A stretch of DNA of 64,000 nt from the human T2T-CHM13v2.0 reference genome, Homo sapiens. Positions within the stretch are counted from its first letter, which is position 1; every line of letters starts with the position of its first letter. Below the pieces are notes generated by a model that saw only the letters and a program-made list of their open reading frames with translations, was not told where the DNA came from and did not search any database. Made by a program: the position numbers and the translations under genes. The DNA is taken from the NCBI RefSeq assembly GCF_009914755.1, contig NC_060928.1; one strand, 5' to 3'. Below, piece by piece: positions 1 through 14,029 of the stretch.

Positions 1-1160
1 TTTAAATGGTATTATGTTTTCCATTTCAAATTCCAATTTTTCATGGCTAGTATTAAGAAAAAAATTGACTTTTGCTTATTAGTCTTATATCCTCCAATAT
101 TGCTGTAATCACTTCTTAGTGCCAGTAGTTTTTTTTTTGTCAATTCTCTGCAATTTTCTACATTAATAATCATGTCACCACCTTAAAAAGACAGTTTTAT
201 TTCTTCCTTCCCAATCTGTCTACTTTTTATTTCCTTTTTTGTTGTTCTTATTTCATTGGCTGGTACTCCCAGTATGATGTTGAGTAGAAGTGTAAGAACA
301 GACTTCCTTGCCTTGTTCCTGATATTAGCAGGAAAAGCATATAGTTTTTCACTGTTAAGTATGATGTTAGCTGTAAGAGTTTATAGATTTTTTATCAAAT
401 TGAGAAAGTTCCTATTTAATCTTAGATTGCTGATGGTTTTACTTATGAATTATGAATGAGAATTGGTTTTTTTAGATGCTTTTGCTGCATCTATTAAAAT
501 AATAATATAATTTCTCTTATTTAGCCCGTTGATGTGAGGGATTATAGTAATTGATTTTTGAATATTGAATCAGCCTTGCACACCTGTCATAAATTCCATT
601 TGATCATGGTGTATAATTCTTTATATACATTGTTGGATTTAATGTGCTTTCTTTTAGGATTTATGCATCTATGTTCCTGAGAGATATTGGTCTATAATGT
701 TTTTGTCTTGTAACTGATTTGTCTGGTTCTGGATTAGGGTAATGATGGCCTAGAAGAATGAGTTAGGAAATATTCCCACTACTTCCATTTTTTGGAGGAA
801 ACTAGAGAATTGCTGTAATTTCATTTTTAAATTATTGGTAGAATTCATCTGAGCTTGGTGCTTTCATTTTGGAATGTTATTATTTACTGATCCAATTTTT
901 TAAATAGATGTTTAGATTAGTTCTTCTGATGTGAGTTTTGGTAGATTGTGTGTCTTTCAAGGAATTGCTCCATTTCATCCAGGTTATCAAATGTGTGGGC
1001 ACATAGTTGTTCACAATATTTTTTTATAATCCTTTTAACATCCAGTGGTTCAGTAATGATAGTTGCTTTTTTATTTCTCATCATAGCAATTTGGGTCTCT
1101 CATTATTTCTTCCTTAACCTGGCTAGAGGTTGAAACAGATTTTGATTTTGTTGATTTTTT
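1..1160 (-). mobile_element. Old LINE-1 (L1M-type) ORF2 region, degenerate
   Basis: Antisense L1 ORF2 phrases (gacagttttatttcttccttcccaatc; tgttgagtagaagtg; cagccttgcacacctg; catttcatccaggttatcaaat). Runs off the left edge of the window. Confidence 0.85.
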
Positions 1161-1164
1161 AAAA

Positions 1165-1473
<309 letters not shown>

Positions 1474-1499
1474 AATTTTTTTATGTTGATTCTCTTTTT

Positions 1500-2372
1500 T
1501 CAATTTATGTTTTTGACTAAGGGTTGGGTGTTTTTTTTACTGTTTGCTGTAGCTATAGGTGTCAGAGGTTAAATTTTTCCCTAATTTCCTTGGTTTTGTC
1601 TTCCCTGTTGGGTTTGAGTTACCTAAGAGACAAATTCATCTTTAAATAAGGTCTCAGTCATGTACTTCTTTCAGTTGTATTCTCCTGATGTAATGGTAAG
1701 TTGTAGAAAGGCAAATGGTCTAAAGTCTTACATTAGGCCTCCTTCTGTTACTGAGCCTGTGCACCTTATAGAAGTCAATAACCCTTAAAGGGCTTCCAAG
1801 TTCTGTTTTGAAGTCTGGAGGGGGCTAACGTTGTATATTTCTCATTTCCCAGTTTGTTTACTTTATGGTAAAACCCCAGTAGGTAAGGCTGTGCTACAAT
1901 AGTTTGTCTTGAGGTCAGGCCTTTCAAAATGGTTACTTTTTCTCTTCCCCTGCTGGAAGCAAGAGAGTTTTTCTTTTTTTTTTTCCTCTCAGGTTTTCAC
2001 TGAGAGAACCCAACTGGGCTGTAGGAGGTACATTTCATGAAAGTTTGGGGGCCTCGTAAGATTGAGTTCCCCTAGAATTTTTTCCACACTGTGCCTTCAG
2101 CAATTTGTCAATTACAGTTTAGGGTTTCCTAACAGCATTGTTTCCCATGGAGGTTTCTGCTTCTAGGCTTCTGCTTCAGTAAATCGTGATTCTCTGTATC
2201 TTACCTGTGTGTCTCTCCATTTTAGGGAGCAATATATTGCCCTTTGACCTCACTTCTCTGATGTATCTAAGAAGAGTTATTGAGTTTCAGTTTGTTCTGT
2301 TTTTTCATTGTAGTGAGAATGGGAGTGATGATGCCCAAGGTTCTTACATGCCATATTGGAAACTGGAAGTCA
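1500..2372 (-). mobile_element. Probable 5' region of an old L1M (L1MC/L1MD-type)
   Basis: gtgattctctgtatc...ttgccctttgacctcacttctctgatg...cttacatgcc...ggaaactggaagtc resembles my recollection of antisense L1M 5'-end sequence; continues the L1 to the left. Confidence 0.55.
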
Positions 2373-4510
2373 TGAATTAAACCTTTAATACATAAATTAA
2401 CAGTATTATTTTTGTTTGTTTTGCTTCCCATGTAAACTTTTATTTAATCATTAAAAATGGCTTAACATTTCTGTATTAAATTGAATTTGCAAAACAAATT
2501 TAGATCTGAATCTACCAGTTTGCATTTTGTGTTAATTCTTCTGATATGTTTCTATTCTCTGAAACTTTAAGGAAAAATTAATTATATAAAGCATATACTT
2601 ATAAATTGGTTATTATACTTACCTTAAAAACCTGCTTTTTGGCAAAAATAGAGCTCATTTAAATTATTTTATTGTTATTAAAAATAGTTTGAAGACTAAC
2701 ATATCAAAGTTCCTCTTTTTAGTGTCATTTAAATGCATTTTCTGGCACAAGCAGGAAAAGAACATTAACTGATATATAACAATAGGGAACAACTATCACC
2801 AGAGGAAAATGATGTATAGATGGCATTCACAGATATTTTTCTTATATTGAAGAGATTAATTTGTTTATTGTCACATTAACTACATGTTACTTTGAATACT
2901 TTTGCAGTTTAAAAATTTGACTGCAGAACGTTGATAGTTTAACATTGACAAATACATAAGAATCAGTCTGAGATTTAGGAAAGGTAAAAAATATTAAGAA
3001 TATTAATAAATGTATAATTTTTGGCAAATTCTAGACTTAATATTACTGTCATTTTTATATTTTATGGTATTAAGCACACAGTAGGCTATATTTTTAATGA
3101 TGTTACAGTGGTTAATTTCAACAACATCAAAAAATTTACTTTGACAGGAAACAAAAAAATTTAGTCTTAAAACATATTATTATTTTATACGGGGAGTAAA
3201 TTAAGCCCAATAAAAAATTTATTTATGAAATTAAAAGTAATAGATTTTTGAGGGGCTTTAATTTGGGTCTTACATGCATGTATTTATTTGTACTCTACCT
3301 TGTTTTAAATATGATTTAAAGCAGCTTACTATGGTACTGACTAGGTTAGATGGGTTTGAGATGAAGTTTCCTCTGTTTGTTTAATTTCATGTGCTGAAAT
3401 GAAGAAGGGAAACTATATTATGGGGAGAATATTTCCTTCATGACACTATCTACACATATTACTTTATTATAAAATAAAGCTATTTTATAAATACACATCA
3501 ATGTTGCACAATACTCAATTGTCTTTACATATTCTTTTACTTGTAAATACATAAGTAAAAAGTGTGACTGGAAGGTCACTAAATTGTAAGCTTAATTTGA
3601 ATCCTTCAGAGATGAAATAATCCTAATTTCTTAATATTTATTGATAAAAAATGAGATTCTTAATCTTTGAGTTTCTTCTCTGGGTATCACTTTTTTATAT
3701 GGAGATGAATACAGATTTCTTGTTTTGTTTAAAATTATTTTCAGTACTAATTATTGGTTTTCTAAAGCATGAAACAGATTCTGGTATACAAAAATACTTA
3801 CTTATAAAATAAATTTTACAGTATACTGGGACGAGAGTTATGCCAACATTAAATCATGTTTTTATTAAATCATTTAAGAATATAAAATATGGGGAATATT
3901 TTTGCCCTGTGGATCATTTTAGATATGTTCTTATTTAAAACAGTTTTTCAGATGCTCTTAAGAATGAGAGAGAATAATAATAGGCAGAAAACTATTTTAA
4001 ATTAATTTTTACATTAATGTAAATGTTATGATTTTTTTTTAATTAAAGAATGTCTTCTACCATTTCAATTTTAAAGGGAAAATATTCATTTGTCCTATTT
4101 TGTTTTTCAAGTTGCATTCCTTTGTGTTCTCCAATCTGAAGTTTCCTCTTTGGTGAACCCTCCAACATAGTCTACTGCAGTTATTAATTGTACATAATAT
4201 AAATGATGACAACAGACTTCTGAGCACTGAAATGCAATGAGAAACACAGAAGTACCAATGGTCAAAAATCAACCAAAGGGGCATTTGATAACATTTATAT
4301 TGTAAATTGCTGAGAATTGATTGCAAGTGATAAAATAAAAAGAGGCTGAAAATAGAAAACTAAAAATCAACCAAAGGCAATTTGTATGATTCAATAATAG
4401 CTATATACCAATTTATATACCTGACTACTTTAGATTATTCTCTAAAGATTGTCAAAACTTTTAATTTAACAACATTGCTCATTGTATAATAGGCTTAGGA
4501 AAATTTATTT

Positions 4511-4808
<298 letters not shown>

Positions 4809-5029
4809 AGGAAGATTTATTTGAAAAAGCACACAGAATAATGGTTATACAGGGGTCATACAATTTTTCATATAAAGGTTAGAAATAAAAAGCATTCTTG
4901 CCTATACTGTATAAAACCTGATTTCTTAGACCAAATAATTTATGCTTACCGTTAAAAGTGACATATGTAATTATGTTATAAGGAATATAATGTGGAATGA
5001 AGTTTTAACCATTTTAGAGACAATCCACC

Positions 5030-5375
5030 TAAGCTAACAAAATATATTAAGAATCTGCCATGTGCCAAACACTCTTCTGGCCATTGGAGACACAGAAGTG
5101 AACAAGCATATGTCATCCCTGTACTCAGGACTGGTGTCTACTGGGAAGATGAGAGGGTAAACTATAAATGAACATAGTAATATACAATCAGGTAATATTC
5201 AGTGCAATGTTGAAAAAAATAGACAGTGTATGGGAAGAGGGTGAGAGAAAGCTGCATCAGATAGGGTGGCCAGGAAGTTCTTCCAACAGAGACAAGAATG
5301 GAGAGAAGGAATCGATGTGAAAACCTGGGGGAACTGTAATCCAGACAGCAGGACAGCAAATGCAAAGGACAATTT
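5030..5375 (-). mobile_element. L2 3' fragment
   Basis: aacaaaatatattaagaatctgccatgtgccaaacact...ggagacacagaagtgaacaag matches the antisense L2 3'-end pattern; the ERV inserted at its right edge. Confidence 0.6.
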
Positions 5376-5383
5376 CAACATCT

Positions 5384-5863
5384 TGTAGCAGGATAAGCTG
5401 CAGACAAAACCTCTCAGACACTGAGTTGTAGAAGGAAGGGCTTTATTCAGCCAGGAGCGTCGGCAAGCTACTGCCTTAAAATCTGAGCTCCCCAAGTGCA
5501 CAATTTCTGTCCCTTTTAAGGGCTCACAACACTAAAGATTTCACATGAAAGGGTCGTGATTGATTTGGGCAAGCAAGGGGTCCGTGACGGGCTGCATGCA
5601 CCAGTGGTCAGAGAGAAACAGAACAGGGCAGGGAGTTTCACGATGTTCTTCTATACAATGTCTGTAATCTATGAATAACGTCGGTTTCTAAGTTATGAGT
5701 TGATTTTTAACTACTGGGTTTAGGCCAGGCAGGCCCAGGCCTGGTTTTGGGCGTGGTGCTGGGCTGCCTGTCTTTGGTTTTACTTCCTTGTTGTTTTTTC
5801 TTAAAACAGGTACTGAGTATACAACAATATAAAACAATATGAGAGGGTCTCTCTCTTTCCTCC
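5384..5863 (-). repeat. 3' LTR (LTR2B-like)
   Basis: About 93% identical to 11219-11700 by manual alignment; minus-strand AATAAA at 5442-5447; adjoins the PPT. Confidence 0.92.
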
Positions 5864-5875
5864 TTTCCCCCCTTT
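5864..5875 (-). other. Polypurine tract of the provirus
   Basis: Plus-strand tttccccccttt is a minus-strand purine run directly upstream of the 3' LTR. Confidence 0.85.
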
Positions 5876-5920
5876 GAGACTCTCACTTTTTATTAGTGGG
5901 AGTTCTCACTCTTATTTTTG

Positions 5921-7930
5921 CTACTTATGACTTCTTATGCAATAGATTGATAGTGATTTATATAGTATGCTTGTGCTGAAGCATTTTGGTGAACTAAGGT
6001 AGCGATGAAGTTTTTTTATCATTTGGAGAAATACAGGTATCAGACAAGGGAGCAGTAAGCAGGTTCCTATTACTATGATTACTTTTATTATAAGAGTTTT
6101 AAATCCTCCTATTGCTGGGAACCAATTTCCAAACATGGCTACAGGATTGCATCTGTGCCACACTTGCATGGGTACATGTGCCAGTTTTGTTATATCTTTA
6201 ACTATATTTTCAACTACTTCCCCTCATCATCTATGTGTAGGCAACAATTAGTAAGGTTAATTTTTCACAAACTCCTCCTTCAGCTGTTAGCAAGTAGTAA
6301 GAGCTAGTCTATTTTGATAGATAGCATTTCTCATTAGAGTTTCTTGCTGGGCCAGAATAGTCAAGGCTTGACCAGTTTTATTAGCAATGATTTTTAAAAC
6401 AGCTTGTAACCGTATGATTCAGTTGAGCATGTAGATGGGGGTTTGATATCCTCCTGAGCCATCTTGTGCCTAAGTGGCAGGTCTATAATATTGTATGATT
6501 TTTTCAGGGGGCCATTTATCATCTTTCCAATCACTTACAGCTATGCTTCATTTTTCGTGGGAAGCATAGACTGGGAAGCCCAGAAGTTTACCTGTTTTTA
6601 TCGGCAGTAAGAAGAAAGATGGCTTAATGGTGCCAATTATACAGCTACCTGTCCACTGATCAGGCAGATTAGCATAAGCTCTGTGTCCACATATCCAGTA
6701 TAACCCTGTGGGGCCGTCCAGTCCTGGTGGAATTCTGGGTGGGCCCAAATAGTCTGCAACTTTGGAAATTTACTGAATGGATTTCTTTCTGTGTAATTGG
6801 AACTCCACCATGTAACTGTTTTTGTGGTACCATTATACAGCTTTTGCCTAAGACAACTAAACCGCCTTACAGGATGAGTGAATCCTTTTCCTTCTTTAGC
6901 TATGCAATACTGTTCAATAATTGAGACTTTTAGGACGAAAAATATGTCAGGGTGGTTCTTTTGGGCTGGGAATTCATCAGGAACTGGATCTGTAGGAACT
7001 AATTATTGGGCTTCCCATGGCCATTGATCTTCTATTACAGTTTTTCCACAAACATAACATGAAGTGACATTTAGAGACTGGGCTACATGCTCGGCTAATT
7101 GCAAAAACAAATTTCTGGTTTTTCCTAGAGTCTCTGGTACTGGCACATTTAGTTTATTACAGAAAGTCTGAAATACTGGTTCTGGAGAGCGTATTTGAAC
7201 CTCCCATTTCATTAGGATGTTTACACTAGGATCTAGTCCTTTTCCATCAATGCCTAATGATACATATTTTTCTTTATTTTATTTTGGGTCTGAGGGGTTT
7301 GTGATTACTAATTTTAAAGGGTTGCAGCTCCCACTCATGCAGGAGGGGCTGCCTTTTCCTTTGCAGAGCCAAACAAGATCTTTTTTTAATCCTCTTTTCA
7401 AGTAGCCTAAATGACACAAGACCAGTATTGACACATCTCACATAAATATGATTTTTGACAGATATACTTTTTTTTTTAACTGTTTAACTTTTTTTTAGTT
7501 TACAGAACGGCATCTTATTCCATGCTGCTTACTATCAATAGCAGCACAAGTGTCAAATTTTAAGGTTACATTTTTGGGGGCCCCTCTTTCTTCTGTTCTA
7601 GCTATTACCTTACTTGTGTCACCTAGAAAAGGACCAGTCCTTAATTTTATTTTAAAAACTGTGATCGTGGGAGGCTTAAAATGGGTCATAACACACATCA
7701 GGTTGGTTATTTCCTGGGCTACATACCTTGGATAGAATAGCATTATACAAACGAGTTTCTTTTAGAGTCCTGGTACACTTATAATAACCATAAAATAATA
7801 GGACTGTAGCAATTTTTTGTCCTACCTCAGTGACTTGATGTATATACTGGGAACAGTTCTCAGTCTGACGAAGGTTAGTTGACGTCCTTACTGAAAAAGT
7901 CCAAATTTTAAGGAAAATGAGTCCCACAAT
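5921..7930 (-). pseudogene. env: Disrupted gammaretroviral env (HERV-E/ERV3-like SU and TM)
   Basis: Fragments RNLFLQLAEHVAQSLNVTSCYVCG, GLYWICGHRAYANLPDQWTGSCIIGTIKPSFFLLP, WPPEKIIQYY, ISD-like NRLALDYLL and TM anchor IIVIIGTCLLLPCLIPV; many stops and frameshifts. Confidence 0.9.
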
Positions 7931-8261
7931 GAGTTTTCTGATGCATCGGCCATGCGTGGACCAGTCAGCTTCCGGGTGTGACTGGAGCAGGGCTTGTCAT
8001 CTTCTTTAGAGTCACTTTGCAGGGGCTGGCGAAGCTGCTCCCATCCACGTACAGCTCCCAGTCTACTGATGTGTAAGGGTGGTCTCAGAGGTTGGGCCTA
8101 CTAGAATAAACAGAGTCTAACACCTCTACACAGTTAATGTTTCACTGGGCTCCCTGATACCAGGAGTAAGGTGGTGGGGTTAGGGTGTTGCAAACTTCAA
8201 TGGTTATGTGGGGATTTTCGCAGAGCAAGCTTTGGTATCTAGTTAGTCTAACATTCATTGG

Positions 8262-8600
8262 CTAATGGTGTCCTTTGGTATTTATTAAAATCACCACAGC
8301 ATGGGGACACTTTATGTTTAGGTTTTGCCCAAGAGTTAGCTTATCTGTTTCTTGTGCTAACAGGTCTGTTGCTACCAGGGCCCTTGGACATGGGGGCCAG
8401 TCTTTGGAAACCCCTTCTAGTTGTTTTGAGAGATAGGCCACTGGCCTTGGCCAGGGCCCTACAGTCTGGGTTAAAACTCCAACTGCCATTTTTTCTCTTT
8501 CTGACACATAGAGTGTAAAGAGTTTTGTCAGGTCAGGTAGCCTCAGGGCTGGGGCCGACATGCGTTTTTCTTTTTAACTTACGAAAAGCTCGTTGCTGTT
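8262..8600 (-). pseudogene. pol: Short pol remnant (RT connection/tether region)
   Basis: SAPALRLPDLTKLFTLYVSE...GVLTQTVGPWPRPVAYLSKQL...WPPC...LTLGQNL...PHAV is typical gammaretroviral RT connection sequence. I did not recognise RT core or integrase core sequence. Confidence 0.88.
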
Positions 8601-10379
8601 GGTTGTAATAGATGTAGTTTATCTAATTTACATTTTTATTGACTGTCATCTACCAAAATATTGACTTAAATCTTACAACTATTTGATTTCAAGCTTTAAA
8701 TTGATCTGGTATTCCTTGTGGGGCTCCAATTGCATCTAAATAGATGTGAGAGTTGAAAGACCTATAAGGGGCTTCTCTTGCTTTACGATGTCTTATTATT
8801 ATTTTTTTTCCTCTGGCTGATGAAATGCCAGGGTGAAATGGATAGCCAAATGGACTAAAGCACAAGTGCCACTCTAGTTATTTGGCAGAGTGCCCAGTAA
8901 AAGTCCACCACAATACCACCACAAATCCACTCGGGGATGAACAAGGGCTGACTGATTGATAAGCTCTTGAAAATTCCTAAGATCACTGCATCCCTTCAGG
9001 TCTCCAAGGAATGCTAAGTCTCCTCCCCTGCCATGAGAGACAAGAAGTGAACTTAGTGTTGGGAGACGGAAGCTGGATGGCCCTCGGGGATGACCTGCAG
9101 GGACTTCAGGATACAGCAGAGAGAGCTTGGCATGACTTATTACTCCAGGCTGTAGAATCCTGGAAAACAGCTACCATACAGCCCACGCCTGGTCGACTGA
9201 AGGACCACCTTAGTGGAAGGGGGACAATCAGGGTCTCTAACCTGCCAACCTGCCATGTGCACAAGCATAACAGTTGCTTTGTTTAACGTGCGGATGGAAT
9301 ATTTGATCCATTTCATCCAGGCATTTGTATCTTGGTATGCTGTCTTAACTGCCGAAGTTTGTTTTAAGTCTTTAACTTTCTTGATCCTCTAGTAAAATGA
9401 ATGTTTCCTTTAGCACCTATTTTTATTAGTTTTTAGACCAAAGAAAGCTAAACACCATTTTATATTTAATAATGCTTCTTGTGTGATTTTTATGCCAGAT
9501 AAGTTAAATTTTACCTTTATATTAGTGTGTTATTAATGTTAAACTTAATTTTAATAAAACCTTGTAGACATATTTATCCAATTTTTCATGTTTGACCATA
9601 AGGTAAGATTTTATAGACTCTTTAATCTTTTATAATTTTTGTTAAAGAGCAGGTTGATGCTTTAAGAAAAACTTGTTGCATTTTTACTTTAATGTCCAGT
9701 TCACAGAAAAACTGGATGATATCTTTTTAACTTTAGCTAATATGTTTACACACAGAATTTTCTTTATAATTAACATTTTAAAGCTTGCTTAAACTTTTAA
9801 AACAATAATTTTTTTAACCTTTTAATGTAGGTAAAAATCTACATTATTATGCCCCTTTATAATCTTTTTACCAAAGGTATATTTTACTTTTCTTATACAC
9901 TTCGCACATAAACTGTTTTTTTTAATGGTACTCAGGAGGCCTTATTACTTTTAAATTATACAACATTTTTTGCATACAATTTTTATAACATTTTTTCTTT
10001 CATGACTTTCGCCGACAATTTTTCAACATGTCTCAACTTTCTGACTTATTACAAACATTTTTTTTTTTCTTTAAACAACCAGTTAATTTATTTCAGGACA
10101 AGAATTTACCATATAACACTCTTTTTACCTAAATTCTGCCTGCCCCCCCCCCCCTTTTTTTTTTTTTTAAGATAACCATTCCTTTTTTTAAAGCAAATTT
10201 TCTTTATGTCTTTGGGACTAAGGCCACAAGATTAGAAGTTACCATAATACATGTTACACTGTTAACTTTTAGCAAACTTCACTTTTGTTGAAAACCTTGT
10301 AAGTTTGGGATTTCAATTATCCTTTGCTATTAATAAGACCTTGTTTAGTCTAAATTAACTTACAATTGGTTTAGATGGC

Positions 10380-10657
10380 CTTTTTTTCTCTCTGCTGGTC
10401 TTTCCTTTTCTCTCTGCTGCCTCTGCCAGCTGCTTATACTGCTGTTCTTTTAACTACTGTGGGGAGGAAAGGGGGTCTGAAACCAGCTGTTACTGTCTGT
10501 GTACGGAAACTGGTCTGGGTGCTTTGGCTTACAGGTTACCTTGTGCCATACCTTTGAAACAAGGGACCTGTCCAGGCTTCCTCAATTCTTTCTTGAATTT
10601 TTTTTTTTTTTTTAACATAGTTCCCAGTGGGGTGGGCTTACTTTGTGCCTGACCCAC
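10380..10657 (-). pseudogene. gag: gag matrix N-terminal remnant
   Basis: Minus strand reads (GTG)GQAQSKPTPLGTMLK..., then GSLDRSLVSKVWHKVTCK, resembling HERV-E MA; start codon lost, A-run expanded, internal deletion. Confidence 0.7.
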
Positions 10658-11195
10658 GTTTTTTTTTTTTTTTCCCGAGACAAAATACCACACTCACACC
10701 ACACATACCACAAGACAAAGAACAGGTAAAGAGGGCACACACACACTTCTACCGTTTATACCAAACCAAAATCATGAAATTCAAAATCCAAGTATCAAAA
10801 AATTCCAGCCAAGTCAAAACCAAAACCAAAGTATCCAGCAATTCAAGTCAAGTCAAAACCAGAACAAGAGTGCCAATGCAGGCACGCTGTGGGTGATCAG
10901 GCCACACTTCCACTCAGATGGAGTGAGGCAAGTTCCAAAGACTAGTCTTACCAAGTTTCAGATGTCTGGACTCCAAGTGCCAGTTCCTTCCTGGTGTTCA
11001 GCCACTGTGTTAATCCTCCTCGGGGGCCTGCTATGTGCGCTGCTCTGGCGAGGTGTTCCACTGGGGCAGTTTCCTACCCGGGAGCGCTCTTTGGATCACG
11101 TCACTCAGGTTGGCTGGAGTCCCCCTCAGGGATGCTCCACAGGGCAGGCTTAAGTCACCTAAGGGGCTGCCTCAGCTATCCGTCAGTCACCTCAC

Positions 11196-11213
11196 TTCCC
11201 AGTCAGGGAACCA
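11196..11213 (-). other. Primer-binding site for tRNA-Glu
   Basis: Minus strand TGGTTCCCTGACTGGGAA, one CpG-type mismatch from the complement of the tRNA-Glu 3' end (TGGTTCCCTGACCGGGAA), 5 nt after the 5' LTR. Confidence 0.92.
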
Positions 11214-11218
11214 AGAAA

Positions 11219-11700
11219 TGTAGCAGGACGAGCCGCAGACAAAACCTTTCAGACACCGAGTTGTAGAAGGAAGGGCTTTATTCAGCTGGGAGCATCAGCA
11301 AGCTACTGCCTTAAAATCCGAGTTCCCCAAATGCACAATTTCTGTCCCTTTTAAGGGCTCACAACACTAAAGATTTCACATGAAAGGGTCGTGATTGATT
11401 TGAGCAAGCAGGTGGTATGTGACAGGGGCTGCATGCACCAGTGGTCAGAGAGAAACAGAACAGGGCAGGGAGTTTCACAATGCTCTACTATACAATGTCT
11501 GTAATCTATGAATAACATTGGTTTCTAAGTTATGAGTTGATTTTTAACTACTGGGTTTAGGCCAGGCAGGCCCAGGCCTGGTTTCAGGCCTGGCGCCAGG
11601 CTGCCTGTCTTTGGTTTTACTTCCTTGTTGTTTTTTCTTAAAACGGGTACTGAGTATAAAGCAATATAAAACAATATGAGAGGGTCTCTCTCTTCCCTCA
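11219..11700 (-). promoter_or_regulatory. 5' LTR (LTR2B-like), potential promoter/enhancer
   Basis: Minus strand begins TGAGGGAAGAGAGAGACCCTCTCATATTG and ends GTCCTGCTACA (TG...CA); TATA-like CCTTAAAAG; AATAAA at 11277-11282. Confidence 0.9.
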
Positions 11701-12189
11701 ATCTCATGTGGAAAACAGTGACTGATAAACTTATGATGGCAAAAGCTGCTACCTATTAAAATTATATGAACATAATGTTATTTTAGAGTAGTTTAATTTT
11801 CATTTTTAGGTAAATTCAAACTAGCTTGTGAGGTATTGCTTCTTATTAACAGAAGATAACAACAATATCTCAAGCGATTAGTATCTCAGATCTCATAATT
11901 TGGTTGATAAAGGGGTTTCAGGAGAGAAAAGGATATTGAAAAAGGGCTAAGCAATCTTGCTTTGCTGTAGTGAAACAAAGGCAAACATAATTTTGATTTT
12001 TTTAAAGAAAATTACATGATGCTGAGTATTGGTGCATAATTTCATGTCCAGCAGTAATCGTTAACAAGAGCAGTTGTCATAGGAATACCAGCAGTGGTGT
12101 GGCAGAGGTGGTGGTGGTAATTTTAGTGCAGATAGAAAGCCTTAAAGGAACACCATCTATGTGACAGCAACAGTGCCAAGTGTGACTTG

Positions 12190-12600
12190 CATTATCTCTT
12201 TTATTTTGGCAAACAGATATTAAGGTGAGGGTCAATATTATCCCTGCAAGGTTAGGTTTACACAATTATAAAATTTCAAAGCTGAGATTCAAACTCAGTT
12301 GCGTCTCATCCCACAATCCAAGCTATTTTTAAGGGGGGAAATAACATTCATTATGATTAATGGTAGTGTGGCACCATATAGTTCAAAATTTGAAATTGAA
12401 AGAGTATTTAGAAATCCTGAGTTTTAGGGTTGACTCTGCTATGCTATAAAATTGATGTGTGGGAAAGATACTTCTGTTCCCCGAGTCTGCAAATGAGCAT
12501 ACCAATGCCATTTTTCTTCCAGATTTGTTCTGGTAAACACATGATTGCATAAAAATAATATGAAAAAAAGATCTACTAAAAATTGATTTAAACTGTGTAG
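12190..12600. mobile_element. Two highly diverged MIR-like fragments
   Basis: gctgagattcaaactcag...ccaagct and ggtagtgtgg...ctgttccccgagtctgcaaatgag resemble MIR core sequence in opposite orientations. Confidence 0.4.
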
Positions 12601-12761
12601 ACATTAAGAGAGCTCTTATAAAATGCTATTCACTACATTATGAACTGGGAATAAAACTAATAGTTAAGACACAAACCTTCAAATGTCAAAAAAAATTGGG
12701 GTCCATACAACTGTACAAGAAAAAATCTGAGTACATTATGCATCCATTCATGTTTAATGAT

Positions 12762-13135
12762 TGTAGTAGACATCTGTAATTTTTACCCATTAAGCCAGCC
12801 TCCTAGTAAGAGACCCATCTCTTCCCCAATCCCAGATCCCTGTGTTTTGGATAGGATGCCTTCCATCCTTTGTGTCCAAGGATAGACCCTATAGCTCGAG
12901 CTCAGCCAACAAGACGCCCATAACCACAGTAACTGATGTAGAAGCAGGTTTATGGCACAAGCCTAGGTGAAAAAACAGAGAGAGAGAGAAAGAGAGAGAG
13001 AGGATGCTACATTTGACACATTTTTTCCAACTTTTCTTCTTTATTGGATGTCTCATTTATATGAGCCAGCAAATTCCTGTCTATTGAAAGCTAGGTTGCA
13101 CTGGTTTTCTCTTACCTGTAGTTAAGAATGCAAAT
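12762..13135. mobile_element. Old MaLR LTR (MLT1-like)
   Basis: tgtagtagacatctg...atatgagccagcaaattcctg...aagctaggttgcactggttttctcttacctgta fits an MLT1-like 3' pattern. Confidence 0.45.
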
Positions 13136-14029
13136 CAGTAATAGGATCGAGGAGGTTATAAATGAGCCAGGATTTTGAATATGCCAGGAAGACTGATTTA
13201 GACAGTGTAGTTATGTGAACTCCTTTGAGATAAAAAGCTGAGCTTGGAGTCAATGAAATTCTTCAGCTTTCATAAGATGGTAGGTATTTAAATAAGGTCT
13301 TGAAGAGTTAAATCTAAATAGATGAAACCAAAGTTATCACAGAGGGGGAGGAAATGGCCTTTTTTTTTAGTCTAGCAGATGCTAGACCAGAAATAAATAT
13401 TTCACATATATGTTTTATTAGCTAAAGGATGTGTTTTGTTATTATTATTCTTGGTCATTAATTTCACAGAAACATATATTAAGGTATTCATTAAATCTCA
13501 AAGGTTTAAGGAATTTTGGTTCCTTTTATGGTCCAGCACAAATTATGAAGAAAGGTGACATGATGTGAATTTTACTTTAGGAAGAAAATACCAACAGCAG
13601 AAAGATGGACTGGAGGCATGAGAAAGCAGAGAAAAAGAATCAGCTGGAAGCTTTTAAATTTAGTTAACTTAAATTTTTTTTGGACACAGAAAGACTTTCT
13701 GAAGTAGGAGATGATTAGAGTCTTAACTAATGTAATAATAATGGGAATGGATGAAAGTAAAACAATATGTGACAGGCATTGTGGAGGTAGAATAGACAGG
13801 ATGTGAGAAATAAAAAGCTGTAAGTTATAATGGAGATGAAGTAGTCAACATGTTTCCATTGGGATTTCAAAGAGTGGAGGGAGAGACTTATTAACAGAGA
13901 CTGCAAGTAGAGAATAATCATTATATTAGCAAGTAAGAGCGAAATCTATGAAGACACTAATTAATTTAGTTTGAAGACATGTCTTTGAGATACGGAAGTG
14001 TTTTTGCTCTGAAGACCATTAGACATTTA

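Larger units (their letters stand above)
5384..11700 (-). mobile_element. Class I (ERV1) provirus of the HERV-E/Harlequin group with two LTR2B-like LTRs, defective
   Basis: Direct repeats 5384-5863 and 11219-11700; 4-bp TSD ATCT (5380-5383 / 11701-11704); PBS-Glu; PPT; gag, pol and env remnants all on the minus strand. Confidence 0.93.
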
